Source: Deltaproteobacteria bacterium
Lineage (GTDB): Bacteria > Myxococcota > Kuafuiibacteriia > Kuafuiibacteriales > Kuafuiibacteriaceae
Direction of reading: 5' to 3'
DNA length: 64,000 nucleotides
NCBI GenBank assembly: GCA_040218735.1
Contig: JAVJQW010000050.1
Span: forward strand, 160,001 to 224,000
The translations under genes and the position numbers were made by a program. The first letter of the stretch is position 1, and every line of letters starts with the position of its first letter. The notes beneath the pieces are model-generated. The model saw nothing but the letters and a program-made list of their open reading frames with translations. It was not told the origin of the DNA and did no database searches. Below are positions 27,646 through 38,537 of this stretch, one piece after another.

Positions 27646-28674
27646 ATGAGAGCCTTCGCCTTCCTCCTCGCCGCGCTGCTCGCGACCTCCGCGTGCGCCG
27701 GCGACGAGCCCGCCGAGATCCAGGTGCGCTGGCGCCACACGCGCGACCGCCCCGTCGCACCCCCTGCACTGGGCCCCGAGGACCGCGTCATCGTCTTCGA
27801 GCGCGAGAACCCGGCGCAGTTCCAGATCATCGACTCGACCGGCTTCGAGCTCGAGGGCCCCTACGACACGTTCCCGACCCTGCACGCCCCGGCGGTGGTC
27901 GGCACGAACATCTACATCGTCACGTCGATCGGGCGCATCGTGCACACCGACCTCGCCGGACAGGACCTCGCGGCGCCCGACGTGATGCTCGGCGCCACCG
28001 CGCCGATCGTCGCCGCCGCGGACGGCACGCTCCGGGTCGCCGCGACCTCGGGGCGCCTGATCGCCTTCGACGACGCCGGGACGATCCTCTTCGACGTCAA
28101 CGTCGGCGGCGCGACCGACACGGCCCCCGCCGTGAGCGAGGACGGCGTCACCTACGTCGCGACCGACACCGGCAGCCTCGTCGGTTACGACATCGCCGGC
28201 GACAAGGTCTTCGACGAGACGCTCGTCGGCCAGGGCTCGGGCCCGAGCGCACGTGGGCAGACGATCGCGGTCGGCGACGCCGACGGCGTGAAGGCGTTCT
28301 CGGCGAACGGCGAGGTGATCTTCGATCACCCGCGCGCCGCGCGCGTCACGGGCACGCGCATCCTCGCCAACGGCGACATCCTCGCGTGGGGCGAAGACGG
28401 CGCGGTGGAGCTGCTCGACGCGAGCGGCGCCGTGAAGTCGAGCTACGTCGCGGGCCCGCCGATCTACGTCCCGGTGATCGAGATCGACGAAGACCTCGCG
28501 GTGATCGACGACGACGGCATCGCCCACCGCGTCGGCCGCGACGGCGTCGGCCGCGCGACCTTCGACCTCGGCGGCAAAGCCGGACGACACCTCGTCGTCG
28601 GCGAGACGATCGCCTACGTGATGGTCGCGGTCGGCAACGAGGTGCTCGCCGTCGACTTCTTCTTCGGCGGCTGA
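27646..28674 (+). CDS. PQQ-like beta-propeller lipoprotein
   Basis: Lipobox TSAC; repeats such as PAV..DG..YV.T..G.L.. Confidence 0.8.
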   Translation: MRAFAFLLAALLATSACAGDEPAEIQVRWRHTRDRPVAPPALGPEDRVIVFERENPAQFQIIDSTGFELEGPYDTFPTLHAPAVVGTNIYIVTSIGRIVHTDLAGQDLAAPDVMLGATAPIVAAADGTLRVAATSGRLIAFDDAGTILFDVNVGGATDTAPAVSEDGVTYVATDTGSLVGYDIAGDKVFDETLVGQGSGPSARGQTIAVGDADGVKAFSANGEVIFDHPRAARVTGTRILANGDILAWGEDGAVELLDASGAVKSSYVAGPPIYVPVIEIDEDLAVIDDDGIAHRVGRDGVGRATFDLGGKAGRHLVVGETIAYVMVAVGNEVLAVDFFFGG

Positions 28675-28675
28675 A

Positions 28676-29701
28676 TCACCGCGCGCCGATGAACGCGGCG
28701 ATGGCGTCCACCACCGCTTCGCGCTGCGAGAACATGAGGAAGTGGTCCTCATCGGCGAAGTACCGCGTCGTCACCGTCGCTGTGCCGGTCCGCAGCACGT
28801 CCACCGCCTCGCGGACGTGTTCGACGGGGATGCGCCGGTCGGCGCCCCCGTGCATCACCAGGACCGGCGGACCGCTCCAGCCCCGCACTCGATCGCCGTC
28901 GATGACCGCGCTGATCAACACAACACCGCGCAGCCCCTCGCGGTCGAGGCCGGTCGCGCCGGCGCCGCCCTGGGAGAGCGCCGCGACGAACACTCGATCG
29001 GGGTCGCCGTCGAGGGACTCCACCGCGAAGCGGCGCGCGTCATCCACGACCCGCTGCGTGCGCACGTCGTCGAAGTAACCGCCGAAGCCCACCGTCGGGC
29101 AGACAACCACCGCGTCGATGGCGCTGAGCACGTGCGCGTAGCTCGCGAAGTTCCCGCCCGCGCCGTGCAAGAAGATCAGCACCGGCGCCTTCCCCCCGTC
29201 GTGACGCGCCCGCGACCAGTAACGATGGCCGTCCTCCGCCGCACCGATCACGTCGCGGTACCCGTACACGAGCGCGCTCCGCGGCGGCCCGTCCATCTCG
29301 TCGTAGATCGGTCGTGTGATCCCGCGGAGGCGCCGCGCCTGGTCGAAGTCGACGTACGGATCGAACACCGACGCCAACGCGATCCCCACCTCGACCTGAT
29401 CGATCTCCGGGATGATCTGGAAGAACCCACCGTCGATCGGCCCGCTCTCGACCGTCCGCAGCGAGCCGTTCGCCGGCACCGTCACCATCAACCCCACGAA
29501 CAGCGCCAGCGCGACGGCACCGAACGGCCACGCGCGCTTCGGCCGGTGATACATCGCGACGAGGAGCGCGACCGCGAGCAGCATCCCCGCGACGCCGAGC
29601 AAGAGCCCGCGCGTCGTCTGCGACGACAGCAAGAGGACGAGGGTGGGCGGCAGCCCGAAGATCAGCGCGACGACCCCGATCGAGCGCGCCAGGATCTCCA
29701 C
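28676..29701 (-). CDS. Membrane-anchored alpha/beta hydrolase (phospholipase/carboxylesterase-like)
   Basis: Three N-terminal TM helices; FLHGAGG, ALSQGG nucleophile, HGGADRRIP, EDH. Confidence 0.85.
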   Translation of the reverse strand: MEILARSIGVVALIFGLPPTLVLLLSSQTTRGLLLGVAGMLLAVALLVAMYHRPKRAWPFGAVALALFVGLMVTVPANGSLRTVESGPIDGGFFQIIPEIDQVEVGIALASVFDPYVDFDQARRLRGITRPIYDEMDGPPRSALVYGYRDVIGAAEDGHRYWSRARHDGGKAPVLIFLHGAGGNFASYAHVLSAIDAVVVCPTVGFGGYFDDVRTQRVVDDARRFAVESLDGDPDRVFVAALSQGGAGATGLDREGLRGVVLISAVIDGDRVRGWSGPPVLVMHGGADRRIPVEHVREAVDVLRTGTATVTTRYFADEDHFLMFSQREAVVDAIAAFIGAR

Positions 29702-29716
29702 GGCCTTGGACCGAGC

Positions 29717-32700
29717 TCAGGACTGAATCGAGAAGCCCAGCTTCGCGCGGACCTTGAAGTACTCCTCGCTCACCGCGTACGCGAGTAGCTCGCGGATCGC
29801 CGGCACCTTGCCGAGCGTCTCCGCCGCGCCCGCGGCGTCCGGGAAGACCGGGCGCACGTCGAAGTCCTTCGCGATGTTGCGCACCGCGACCTCGATGTCG
29901 TTCGTCACCACGAGCCCCGCGCGGTTCGCGGTGTGCGTCGACGCCGACCGGTGGCGCACGACGTCGACCGGGCCCTGCGTGAGCAACCGCCCCGCCTCCT
30001 CCAGGAACTTCCGCGAGCGGCTCGGCAACACCTTCGCGATCTGACGCTGCATGGCGTCCAACGCGTTGGCGTCGACCGGCACCGAGACGTTGTTGTTCCC
30101 GAAGCGCGCCACCGACCACAGCAGCACCTCCAGGTCGCGGTCGTTCAGCTGCGCCAACAGGTGGTGCCCACCCTTGATGCGCTCGAGCTGCCGCGCGATC
30201 AGGAAGCGCTGATCCTTGTCCTGGATCCGGCGCCCGACGTTCGAACCCACGATCAACACCGGCGGCTTCTCGTTCTCGACGAACAGCCCCAGCTCGAACT
30301 TCTTCGTGATCCACAGGTCGAACTGCGGCGCACCGAGCACGGCCGCCAGCTCGTCCGCGAGCTTGCGCAGCGCGAGCGTGGACTTCGACGTGTGTTTGTC
30401 CGCCTTGTCGAGCTCGTACCGACCGAAGTCGCCGGGGAACAGACGCGTCAGCTCCGCACCGCAGACCTCGAGCGTCGCGCGGATCGCGCCGCGCTCGTTC
30501 GGGTGCGTGACGAGCCGATCGTGGTCCTCGTACGTGAGCTGCGCCGCCGCGTGCGGCGCCACCTTCGACTTGTGCTCGTGATAGTAGAGGTCCTCGTCCT
30601 GGTGCTGCGCACGCAGGAACACCAAGATCTCCGCGACCACGAACGCCTTGTCGTGCTCACCGCGCCGCTCATACATGCGGTGCATCTCGTGGTAGCTCTC
30701 CACCCGGAACGGGTCGAGCTGCAGCAGACGCCGATGCGCGTCCACCGCCTGCGGGTACATGTCGACCGACTTCGAGTAGAGCTTCGCCAGCGACAGCAGC
30801 GCGTCCTGGTTCGCCGGGTCCGCGTCCAGCGCGTACTTCAACGCGTTGATCGCCCGCGCGTCGTCCTTGATGCGGTGCTCGAAGACGTCCGCCATCTTCA
30901 AGTGCAGCGGCGCCGCCTTGTGTTTTTCGTCGGGCCCGAGCAACCGCACGTAGGCCGCGGTGGCTTCCGCGAGCGACTGCCAGTCGCCTTCCGCCTCGTA
31001 CAGCCGTGACAGGCGCACGACCGCCTCGCTGTTCGACGGGTCGATCTCCATCACCTTGCGGTTCGCGAGGATCGCGTTCTTCCGATCCGAGAGCCCCTCT
31101 TCGTAGATGCGCCCCAGCTCGAGCAGCACCTTGATCTTCTTCTTCGGCTCCTGCTCCACCTCGGCGAGGCGCAGCCGCACGTTCACCGCCGAGCCCCAGT
31201 CCTCCGCCGACTCGTAGACCGACGCGAGGCGCTCCAGACACTCCGAGTTGCCCGGGTCGGCCTGCAGCGCCGCCTGGAACGACTGCACGCACTTCACCAG
31301 ATCCTGGCGGTGCTCCTGATAGATGATGCCGAGCGACTTGAACGCGCCCAGCAGCACCGTCGGCTCCTTACTGACCGCGAGCGTCCGGTGGAAGATGTCC
31401 GTCGCCTCGTCCCAGTTCTGCTGCGAGAACAGCAGCGGCCCGAGCCGCACCAACGCGACCACGTGTTTGTCGTCGCGCGACAACACCTCGCGGTAGTACT
31501 TCGCTGCCCGCTCGCTGTCGTGCAGACGGTCCTGCGCGATCTGGCCAGCGGCCACGTACAGCTGACTCTGCGCGGGGACCTCCTCGATCGCACGCGCGCG
31601 CGTGTCGAGCAGGCCGATCATCGGCTCCCAGGCCTCGCGCTCCAGGTAGATCGCCTCGAGCCGGTTGAACGCCCCGAGGTGCGAGGGCGCGCGCTTCAGC
31701 ACCGCCTCATACGTCCCGATCGCTTCGTCGACCCGACCGAACTGGTCCTGCTGGATCCGCCCGGCCTGGAACAACAGCTCGCGCGCGTGCTGCGCGTCCG
31801 CCGTGACCTCACCCTCGCGTCGGACCATCGCCAACGCGGTCTCCGCGTCCTGCGCGGCCTCCGCGATACGACGCCGCCCGCGGAGCGCGGCCAAGCTGTT
31901 CGGCGCGACTTCGAGCGCGCGGTCGTACAGGTCCGCCGCGTAGGTCGCGTCCTGAACGCGGTTCTCCGCGACGTCCGCCGCGCGCAGGTACAGGCTCGCC
32001 TGCTTGACCGGCGAGCGCGTGACCATCGCCTCGCGGTGATAGAACTTCGCGAGCCCGGCCCAGTTGCGCGCCTTCAGGTACGCGATCTCCAGCGCCCGCA
32101 ACGCCACCGGGTGGTCGGGCACCGTCTCCAACGCGAGCCGGTAGTGATCGGCCCCCGACTCCGGCGGGTCGATCTGCGTCTCCTTCATCATCGCGATGCG
32201 GATCTGCCGCGCCGCGTACAGCCGCGGATCCGACTCGTGCTGCGCCAACTGCTTCGCGACGGAGATCGCGCGACGCCAATCCCGACGCGTCACGCTGATG
32301 CGCTCCAGCTGACTCAGGATCGTCGTGTCCTCGGGCGCGAGCTGCACCGCGTTCTCCAGGTGCTCCGCCGCCGAGTCGAAGTTCCCGAGCTTGTCACCCG
32401 CGACCTCCGCCGAGCGCACCAGGATCGCCGCCTTCGTGCGGTCGTCCTGCGCGTGGTCGTACGCGGTCTTCAACGCACGCGACAGCGCGTTCCACAGCCC
32501 CTCCGTCGAGTAGATCCGCACCAGCGCGCGGATCGCGTCGTCGAAGTGGTGCCCGAGACGCAGCACCTCTTGGTACATCTCCGCCGCACGGTCCGCGCGA
32601 TCGAGGCGCTCCTCGATCTCCGCGACCCGGAGCATCTTCGACGCACGCTCCTTCGGGTCCTGCAGCGACTCCGCCTCACGCGCGAGCACCGTGACGAGTT

Positions 32701-35047
32701 TGTCGATGTCGTTCTTGCGCGCGTGGATCTCGGACAGGCCGCGCAGCGCCGCCAAGTTCGACCCGTCCAGCTCCAGGATGTGCTCGTACACCTCCGCGGC
32801 GCGGTCGTCGTCCTTGAGCTTGTCGACGAGGATCTCCGCCATGCGGAAGTACAGCCCGACCTTCTGCTCGTCGGACTTCGCGACCTCGATCTCCCGACCG
32901 TACATCGCGACCAGATCGTCGAACCGCTCCTTGGAAGCGTACAGCCGCCCCACGCTCCGCAGCGCCGGAAGGTACGTGGGGTTGAGCGTCAGGACCTTCT
33001 CGTACTGCGCGATCGCGCCGTCGACGTCCCCGAGCTTCTCCTCCGTCACCGCACCCGCGCGGTGCAGGATCGCGACGACCTCCTTTTGGTCCTCCGTCGC
33101 CTCGACCTCCAGGTCGTAGGCGCGCAGCACGTCCGGCCACGCCTCCCGCTTCGTCGCGATCCGCGCCAGCGCACGGATGGCGTGCAGGTGCGTCGCGTTG
33201 ACGTCGAGCATCCGCTCGTACGCCCGCTGCGCGGTGTCGAGCTGCGCGAGTTTGTCCTCGGCGTACATGCCGATGCGCCCCAGCAGGAAGAGCCGCTGGT
33301 CGGCGTCCTCGATCAGCGTGAGCTCCTTCTCGTACAGCGCGATCAGCTCGCCCCACGCCTCGCGCTGCTGCAGCAGACGCTCCAGCTTCTTCTGCGCAGG
33401 CTGGTAGTCGAGCTTCTTGTCGAGCAGCTCCTGGAGCGTGGCGATCGCCTGCTCCTCGTCGGCGAGCTTCGTCTCGTACAGCTCCGCCAGCTTGAACTGC
33501 TTGGCGACGAGCTGAGACGGGTCCTCCTCCAGCCGGATCTCCATCAAGTACAGCTCGGCCAGCGAGCTGTGCCGCTCCGTCTTGGTGTACAGCCGCCCGA
33601 GGCTCTGACGCGCCGGCGTGTAACTCGGCATCAACGCGACGGCCTCTTCGAGCGCCGGGATGGCCTCCTCGGCCTCACCGAGGTGCTCGTCCAGGATGGT
33701 GCCGAGCTTGAACAGCACCGGCACGCGGTCGCGCGCTTCGGTCGTGACCTCCGCCTCGCGACGCAGCACCTTCACGACCTCGTCGTGACGATCGTTCTGC
33801 TCGTAGAGCAGCTCGATCTCCCGGAGCACCGTGAGGTCCTCCGGCGTGTGCTCGAGCGCCCCGAGTAGAGTATGGAGCGCGCGGTCCACCGCCTCGAGCT
33901 TCTCCGACTCGATGCGCGCCGCCGCGAGCAGGTGCGCCGCCGCCGCGGGGCCGTCGTCCGTCACCTCCGCGGAGCGCTTCAGCACCGCGACGAGCTGCTC
34001 GAAGCGCCCGTTCTGGTAGTGCAGGCGCCGCAGGGCATCCAGCGCGATCGCGCTGTTCGGATCGACCTCCAGGATGTTCTCGTACAGGCGCGCCGCCGCC
34101 GACGTATCGTCGAGGCGGTCCTCGGCGAGCTGCGCCGACGCGAGGAGCAGCGGCATCCTCCGCTGCGGCTTGTCCGTCACCTCCAGCGCGCGCTGGTAGA
34201 CGTCGAACAGCTGCTGATACGCCTTGCGGACCAGGTGCAGCCGCTCGAGCGCGTTGACCGCCAGCGGCTCCGCCGAATAGGCCTCGAGCGCCGCCTTGTA
34301 GGCGTTCTGGGCCTCCTCGGCGTTCCTCAGCTTCTCCTCGAGGATGGCGCCCTTCTCCGCCCACAGCGTCGCCTTGCGCTCCGCCGTCGGCGCGGTCTCG
34401 ATCTCGTAGCCGAGGATCTGGACGACCATCGCCCAGTTGCCGACCTCGGTGAACAAACGCCGCGACGCGTGCAGGACCGACGGGTCCTTCGGGTCGAGGT
34501 TGAAGGCGCGCTGGTACGAGGTCGCCGCGTTGCGCGGCTTCGCGAGCTGCTCCTCGTAGATGCGGCCGATCTCCAGGTGCAGCTGCGCCGCGCGCGGATC
34601 GTTGCCGAGCGCATTGGCCTCGCGCTCGAAGTCCGCGATGCGCTGCTCCCATACTTGCGACTCCTCCGCGGAGCGCGGCAGGAACGGTCCGCCGTCCTGC
34701 GGATCTCCGGGCGCATCCAGCGGCGGGAGCTCGGCGCCCTCGAGGACCTTGAAGTCCCCGGTCTGGGGGAGAGACGTAGCCTTCTCGACCTGAGCCTTCA
34801 GCTCGCTCGGGTCGGAGCTGGACGGCTGCAGCGGCGACGCGTTCGCCGCGTGCCCGTTCTCGGGCAACGCGAGATCGTCGGCCGCGCCGAAGCTCGCGTC
34901 GGCGCCGTCGGCGGAAGGCGGGACGGAGGGCGTGGCCGTCTCCTGCACCGAAAGGTCCGCGCCGGCCTCGGTCGTGGGCTCTTGGGTCGGGTTGGGCGCC
35001 GTCGCCGATGCCTCTGCGTGGGGATCCACGTCCTGGCCACCTGGCAT
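29717..35047 (-). CDS. Giant tetratricopeptide-repeat protein (AgmK-like architecture)
   Basis: About 1776 aa; dozens of TPR-like units (A...Y...L..DP....AL..L.RLY); disordered N-terminus. Confidence 0.9.
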   Translation of the reverse strand: MPGGQDVDPHAEASATAPNPTQEPTTEAGADLSVQETATPSVPPSADGADASFGAADDLALPENGHAANASPLQPSSSDPSELKAQVEKATSLPQTGDFKVLEGAELPPLDAPGDPQDGGPFLPRSAEESQVWEQRIADFEREANALGNDPRAAQLHLEIGRIYEEQLAKPRNAATSYQRAFNLDPKDPSVLHASRRLFTEVGNWAMVVQILGYEIETAPTAERKATLWAEKGAILEEKLRNAEEAQNAYKAALEAYSAEPLAVNALERLHLVRKAYQQLFDVYQRALEVTDKPQRRMPLLLASAQLAEDRLDDTSAAARLYENILEVDPNSAIALDALRRLHYQNGRFEQLVAVLKRSAEVTDDGPAAAAHLLAAARIESEKLEAVDRALHTLLGALEHTPEDLTVLREIELLYEQNDRHDEVVKVLRREAEVTTEARDRVPVLFKLGTILDEHLGEAEEAIPALEEAVALMPSYTPARQSLGRLYTKTERHSSLAELYLMEIRLEEDPSQLVAKQFKLAELYETKLADEEQAIATLQELLDKKLDYQPAQKKLERLLQQREAWGELIALYEKELTLIEDADQRLFLLGRIGMYAEDKLAQLDTAQRAYERMLDVNATHLHAIRALARIATKREAWPDVLRAYDLEVEATEDQKEVVAILHRAGAVTEEKLGDVDGAIAQYEKVLTLNPTYLPALRSVGRLYASKERFDDLVAMYGREIEVAKSDEQKVGLYFRMAEILVDKLKDDDRAAEVYEHILELDGSNLAALRGLSEIHARKNDIDKLVTVLAREAESLQDPKERASKMLRVAEIEERLDRADRAAEMYQEVLRLGHHFDDAIRALVRIYSTEGLWNALSRALKTAYDHAQDDRTKAAILVRSAEVAGDKLGNFDSAAEHLENAVQLAPEDTTILSQLERISVTRRDWRRAISVAKQLAQHESDPRLYAARQIRIAMMKETQIDPPESGADHYRLALETVPDHPVALRALEIAYLKARNWAGLAKFYHREAMVTRSPVKQASLYLRAADVAENRVQDATYAADLYDRALEVAPNSLAALRGRRRIAEAAQDAETALAMVRREGEVTADAQHARELLFQAGRIQQDQFGRVDEAIGTYEAVLKRAPSHLGAFNRLEAIYLEREAWEPMIGLLDTRARAIEEVPAQSQLYVAAGQIAQDRLHDSERAAKYYREVLSRDDKHVVALVRLGPLLFSQQNWDEATDIFHRTLAVSKEPTVLLGAFKSLGIIYQEHRQDLVKCVQSFQAALQADPGNSECLERLASVYESAEDWGSAVNVRLRLAEVEQEPKKKIKVLLELGRIYEEGLSDRKNAILANRKVMEIDPSNSEAVVRLSRLYEAEGDWQSLAEATAAYVRLLGPDEKHKAAPLHLKMADVFEHRIKDDARAINALKYALDADPANQDALLSLAKLYSKSVDMYPQAVDAHRRLLQLDPFRVESYHEMHRMYERRGEHDKAFVVAEILVFLRAQHQDEDLYYHEHKSKVAPHAAAQLTYEDHDRLVTHPNERGAIRATLEVCGAELTRLFPGDFGRYELDKADKHTSKSTLALRKLADELAAVLGAPQFDLWITKKFELGLFVENEKPPVLIVGSNVGRRIQDKDQRFLIARQLERIKGGHHLLAQLNDRDLEVLLWSVARFGNNNVSVPVDANALDAMQRQIAKVLPSRSRKFLEEAGRLLTQGPVDVVRHRSASTHTANRAGLVVTNDIEVAVRNIAKDFDVRPVFPDAAGAAETLGKVPAIRELLAYAVSEEYFKVRAKLGFSIQS

Positions 35048-35215
35048 GTCGCCTCGGCTTGTAGCATGTTCCCGAATCTGGCGTCCACGCGGCGACCCGG
35101 CGCCAGGGCCCGCTGTCCGGCCGCGGTCCGCGACACCTTCCGACCGCATCTACGCCGACCGCACCGGCCGCACAGCCGGTTGCTTCGTGACCCCACGACG
35201 TGGTTGTCAACGGCC

Positions 35216-37063
35216 GTGGTCAAACGGCTCGTCCCCCTCGCTCTCGCCTTCTTCGCCTGCAAGTCCGCCCCGGAGCCGGCGCCCGCCGCCGCCCCCACAT
35301 CGGCCCCTGCGAGCGCCCCCGCGTCGGCCCCGGCGTCACGCCCGAGCTTCGTCGCCGCCGTCCCCGCGACGACCGCGACGATCACGGCGCAGGCCCTCCG
35401 CGAACATGTGTTCACCCTCGCGGACGACGCCCTCGAAGGGCGCGGGCCCGACACCAAGGGCATTCATCGCGCCGCCGACTACCTGGAGGACGCGCTGATC
35501 GGTATGGGGCTGAAGCCCGCGTTCGACCGTCGGTACCGGCAGCCGTTCACGATGGCCGTCGCGATCGAGGTCAAAGGGACGCCGCAGCTGTACGCCGGCA
35601 CCCGCGCGCTGAAGTTCGGCAAGGACTTCGCCGTGTTCCCGTTCTCGAAGTCCGGCGACGCGAAGGGCGCCCTCGCCTTCGCCGGCTTCGGCGTCAGCGC
35701 GAAGGACTTCGACTACGACGACTACGCCGGCATCGACGTGAAGGACCGCGTCGTGGTGGTGCTCTCCGGCGAGCCGGGCGACGAGGACAACAAGAGTGTC
35801 TTCGACGGCCGCCGCCCTACCCGCCACAGCTTCCTGAGGACCAAGGCGTTGGTCGCGCGCGAGGCCGGCGCGAAGGCCCTGCTCGTCGTGCGCGAAAAGC
35901 CGCTCGCCGACACCAAGCGCTTCGCGGCCGAGAGCGACGCGGGGATCGTCGTGCTGCCGATCTCCAAGGCCGCCGCCAAGCGGCTCCTCGGCTTCGACGT
36001 CGACGCCAAGAAGAAGGCGATCGACGGCGACTACAAACCACGGAGCCTGTTGTCGAAGCGCACCGCGAAGCTGTCGGCGACGCTCGCCCGCATCGAGCGC
36101 ACGGTGGAGAACGTCGGCGCGGTCCTGCCCGGGACGGAGGCCGGGGCCGTCGTGATCGGTGCGCACTACGATCACCTCGGCTACGGGGACAGCGGGTCAC
36201 TCGTGACCAGCGGCGAAAAGCTCGTCCACAACGGCGCCGACGACAACGCGTCCGGGACGGCGGTGGTGCTGGAGGTCGCGCGGGCGTTGGCGGCGCGGGG
36301 CGACAAGCCGCGGCGGAGCGTCTACTTCTTCCTCTTCGCGGGCGAGGAGGCAGGCTTGCTCGGTTCGAACTACCTCGTGAAGCACCCGCCGTTCGCGATG
36401 GCCGACGTCACCGCGATGATCAACCTCGACATGGTCGGGCGGCTCCGCGACGAAAAGCTCAACGTCATGGGGACGAAGACCGCCGTCGAGTGGCCGTCGT
36501 TCGTGAAGGACGTCGTCGACCGCTACGCGTTGAAGGGGAGCTTCGGCGGCGACGGCTACGGGCCGAGCGACCACACCTCGTTCTACGCCGAGAAGGTGCC
36601 GGTGCTGTACCTCTTCACCGGCGCGCACAGCGAGTACCACAAGCCGAGCGACGACGCGGACACGCTCAACTACCAGGGCATGGCGAAGGTCGCGGCGATC
36701 GCGCACGACCTGCTCGTGTCGGTGGCGGACGGCGCCGGGCGGCCGACCTACGTGGAGATCGCCGCGCCCGTGAAGATGGGCGGCGGCCACGGCTACGGAC
36801 CGTACTTCGGGAGCATCCCGGACTTCGGCGAGGGCGTGGACGGGGTGCTCCTCTCCGGTGTCCGCGAAGGGAGCCCGGCCGACAAGGCGGGCGTGAAGAA
36901 AGGTGACATCATCGTCGAGTTCGGCGGCGTGGCGGTGCACAATCTCCAGGACTTCACGGTCGCGTTGCGGCGCTGCGCGCCGGGCGACGAGGTCGAGGTC
37001 CGAGTGAAACGCGGCGAAGAGGTGATCACGGTGAAGGCCAAGCTCGAGAAACGGGGCGGATGA
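35216..37063 (+). CDS. M28 family aminopeptidase lipoprotein with PA and PDZ domains
   Basis: Lipobox FFAC; GAHYDHLG, GADDNASG, GEEAG, NLDMVG, SDH, YHKPSD; PDZ GSPADKAGVKKGDII. Confidence 0.93.
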   Translation: MVKRLVPLALAFFACKSAPEPAPAAAPTSAPASAPASAPASRPSFVAAVPATTATITAQALREHVFTLADDALEGRGPDTKGIHRAADYLEDALIGMGLKPAFDRRYRQPFTMAVAIEVKGTPQLYAGTRALKFGKDFAVFPFSKSGDAKGALAFAGFGVSAKDFDYDDYAGIDVKDRVVVVLSGEPGDEDNKSVFDGRRPTRHSFLRTKALVAREAGAKALLVVREKPLADTKRFAAESDAGIVVLPISKAAAKRLLGFDVDAKKKAIDGDYKPRSLLSKRTAKLSATLARIERTVENVGAVLPGTEAGAVVIGAHYDHLGYGDSGSLVTSGEKLVHNGADDNASGTAVVLEVARALAARGDKPRRSVYFFLFAGEEAGLLGSNYLVKHPPFAMADVTAMINLDMVGRLRDEKLNVMGTKTAVEWPSFVKDVVDRYALKGSFGGDGYGPSDHTSFYAEKVPVLYLFTGAHSEYHKPSDDADTLNYQGMAKVAAIAHDLLVSVADGAGRPTYVEIAAPVKMGGGHGYGPYFGSIPDFGEGVDGVLLSGVREGSPADKAGVKKGDIIVEFGGVAVHNLQDFTVALRRCAPGDEVEVRVKRGEEVITVKAKLEKRGG

Positions 37064-37070
37064 CCCTTTC

Positions 37071-38537
37071 GTGACGGCCACGATCGACATCGACGCGCTC
37101 ACGAAGACCATCGACATCGTCGAGGGCCTCGAGACCGTCGTCCTCTCGGACCTCCACCTGACGGACGCCGAGCCGGAGTCGGACAAACGTCCCTACTGGC
37201 GCGCGTTCCGGCAGCGACGGTTCTTCGTCGACGAGGACTTCGGGCGACTGCTCGACTACGTCGTGTCGCGGGCGAACGGGCCGGTGGAGCTCATCCTCAA
37301 CGGCGACACCTTCGACTTCGACAGCATCGTCAGCATCCCGGACGAAACGCCCGGCCCGGTGAGTTGGCTCTCCCACTTCCGAGGGATGCCGAGCGAAGAG
37401 TGGATGTCTTTGTACAAGACGGACCGCATCATCGCCGACCACGACAAGTGGTTCGCGGCGCTGCGTCGATTCGTGGTCGAGGGCGACCGCACCGTGGTCT
37501 TCGTGATCGGGAATCACGACGTGGAGCTGCACTGGCCGTCGGTGCAAGCGCGCATCATCGAGGCGCTCGACCTCCCCGACGACCGCCTCGACCGCGTGAC
37601 CTTCGCGCCGTCGTTCTACATCAGCGGCGAAGACACCTTCGTGAGCCACGGGCACCTGTTCGATCCGCTGTGCACGGAACCCACGCCGTCGAACCCACTC
37701 ATCACGATTCGCGGTCGTCCCCGGGTGCGCATCCCGTTCGGTGACATGGCGGCGCGGTACATGTTGAACGGGATGGGTTATTTCAACCCACACTCGTCCG
37801 GTAATTTCATCATGACCGCGAGTGAGTACTTCGCGTTCTTCTTCAAATACATGGCGCGCACGCAGCCGTTCCTCCTGTGGACTTGGTTCTGGAGCGCGAT
37901 GATGACCCTCTTCCTGTCGCTGCGGGACTTCTGGACCCCCGCGATGCGCGACCCGCTCGTCGTGGAGGAGAAGACGCAGATGATGGCGGAGCGGAGCAAC
38001 GCGACGCCGTCGATGGTGCGGCAGCTCGAGGCGCTCGCGGTGCCCTCCGCGTGCACGGCGCCGCTGACGATCGCGAGGGTGTTGTGGTTGGACCGGGGAC
38101 TCTTGTTCCTGGCGGTGCTCTACCTGGCGTTCCAGGCCACGCTCGCGGTGAACTTCGTGTGGCCGATCTCGCCGTGGTGGATCCTGTTGTTCCTCGCGCT
38201 GCTGTTCCCGGGGTTCATCATCTATTCGTTCCGCGTCGCCCCCGCCGAGGACAAGATCTCCCTCATGACCGAGGAACGCGCGCACGTCATTCACCGGGTC
38301 ACGGGGACGACGCAGGCGGTGTTCGGTCACACCCATATCCCGGTTATCGAGAACATCGGCCCGCTCCACTACGTGAACGGTGGGTTCTGGTCGCCGGCGT
38401 TCCGCGAACCCACCTGTGAGAACCGCATCGGGACCCAGACCTTCGTGTGGATCAAACCGGCGGAGGGACCGCGGCGCGCGAAGCTGTTCGAGTGGCCCCC
38501 CGGCGGTGAAGAACCCGCGCCGGTGACGATCGACTGA
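37071..38537 (+). CDS. Calcineurin-like metallophosphoesterase with membrane insert
   Basis: SDLH, NGDTFD, GNHD, HGH, FGHTH; hydrophobic helices before the last motif. Confidence 0.88.
   Translation: MTATIDIDALTKTIDIVEGLETVVLSDLHLTDAEPESDKRPYWRAFRQRRFFVDEDFGRLLDYVVSRANGPVELILNGDTFDFDSIVSIPDETPGPVSWLSHFRGMPSEEWMSLYKTDRIIADHDKWFAALRRFVVEGDRTVVFVIGNHDVELHWPSVQARIIEALDLPDDRLDRVTFAPSFYISGEDTFVSHGHLFDPLCTEPTPSNPLITIRGRPRVRIPFGDMAARYMLNGMGYFNPHSSGNFIMTASEYFAFFFKYMARTQPFLLWTWFWSAMMTLFLSLRDFWTPAMRDPLVVEEKTQMMAERSNATPSMVRQLEALAVPSACTAPLTIARVLWLDRGLLFLAVLYLAFQATLAVNFVWPISPWWILLFLALLFPGFIIYSFRVAPAEDKISLMTEERAHVIHRVTGTTQAVFGHTHIPVIENIGPLHYVNGGFWSPAFREPTCENRIGTQTFVWIKPAEGPRRAKLFEWPPGGEEPAPVTID

Noticed and set aside
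31310-35215. 852-aa ORF and the N-terminal 448 aa of the 1063-aa ORF
   Set aside because: Antisense to the TPR gene; the real M28 gene starts near 35216 with a lipoprotein signal
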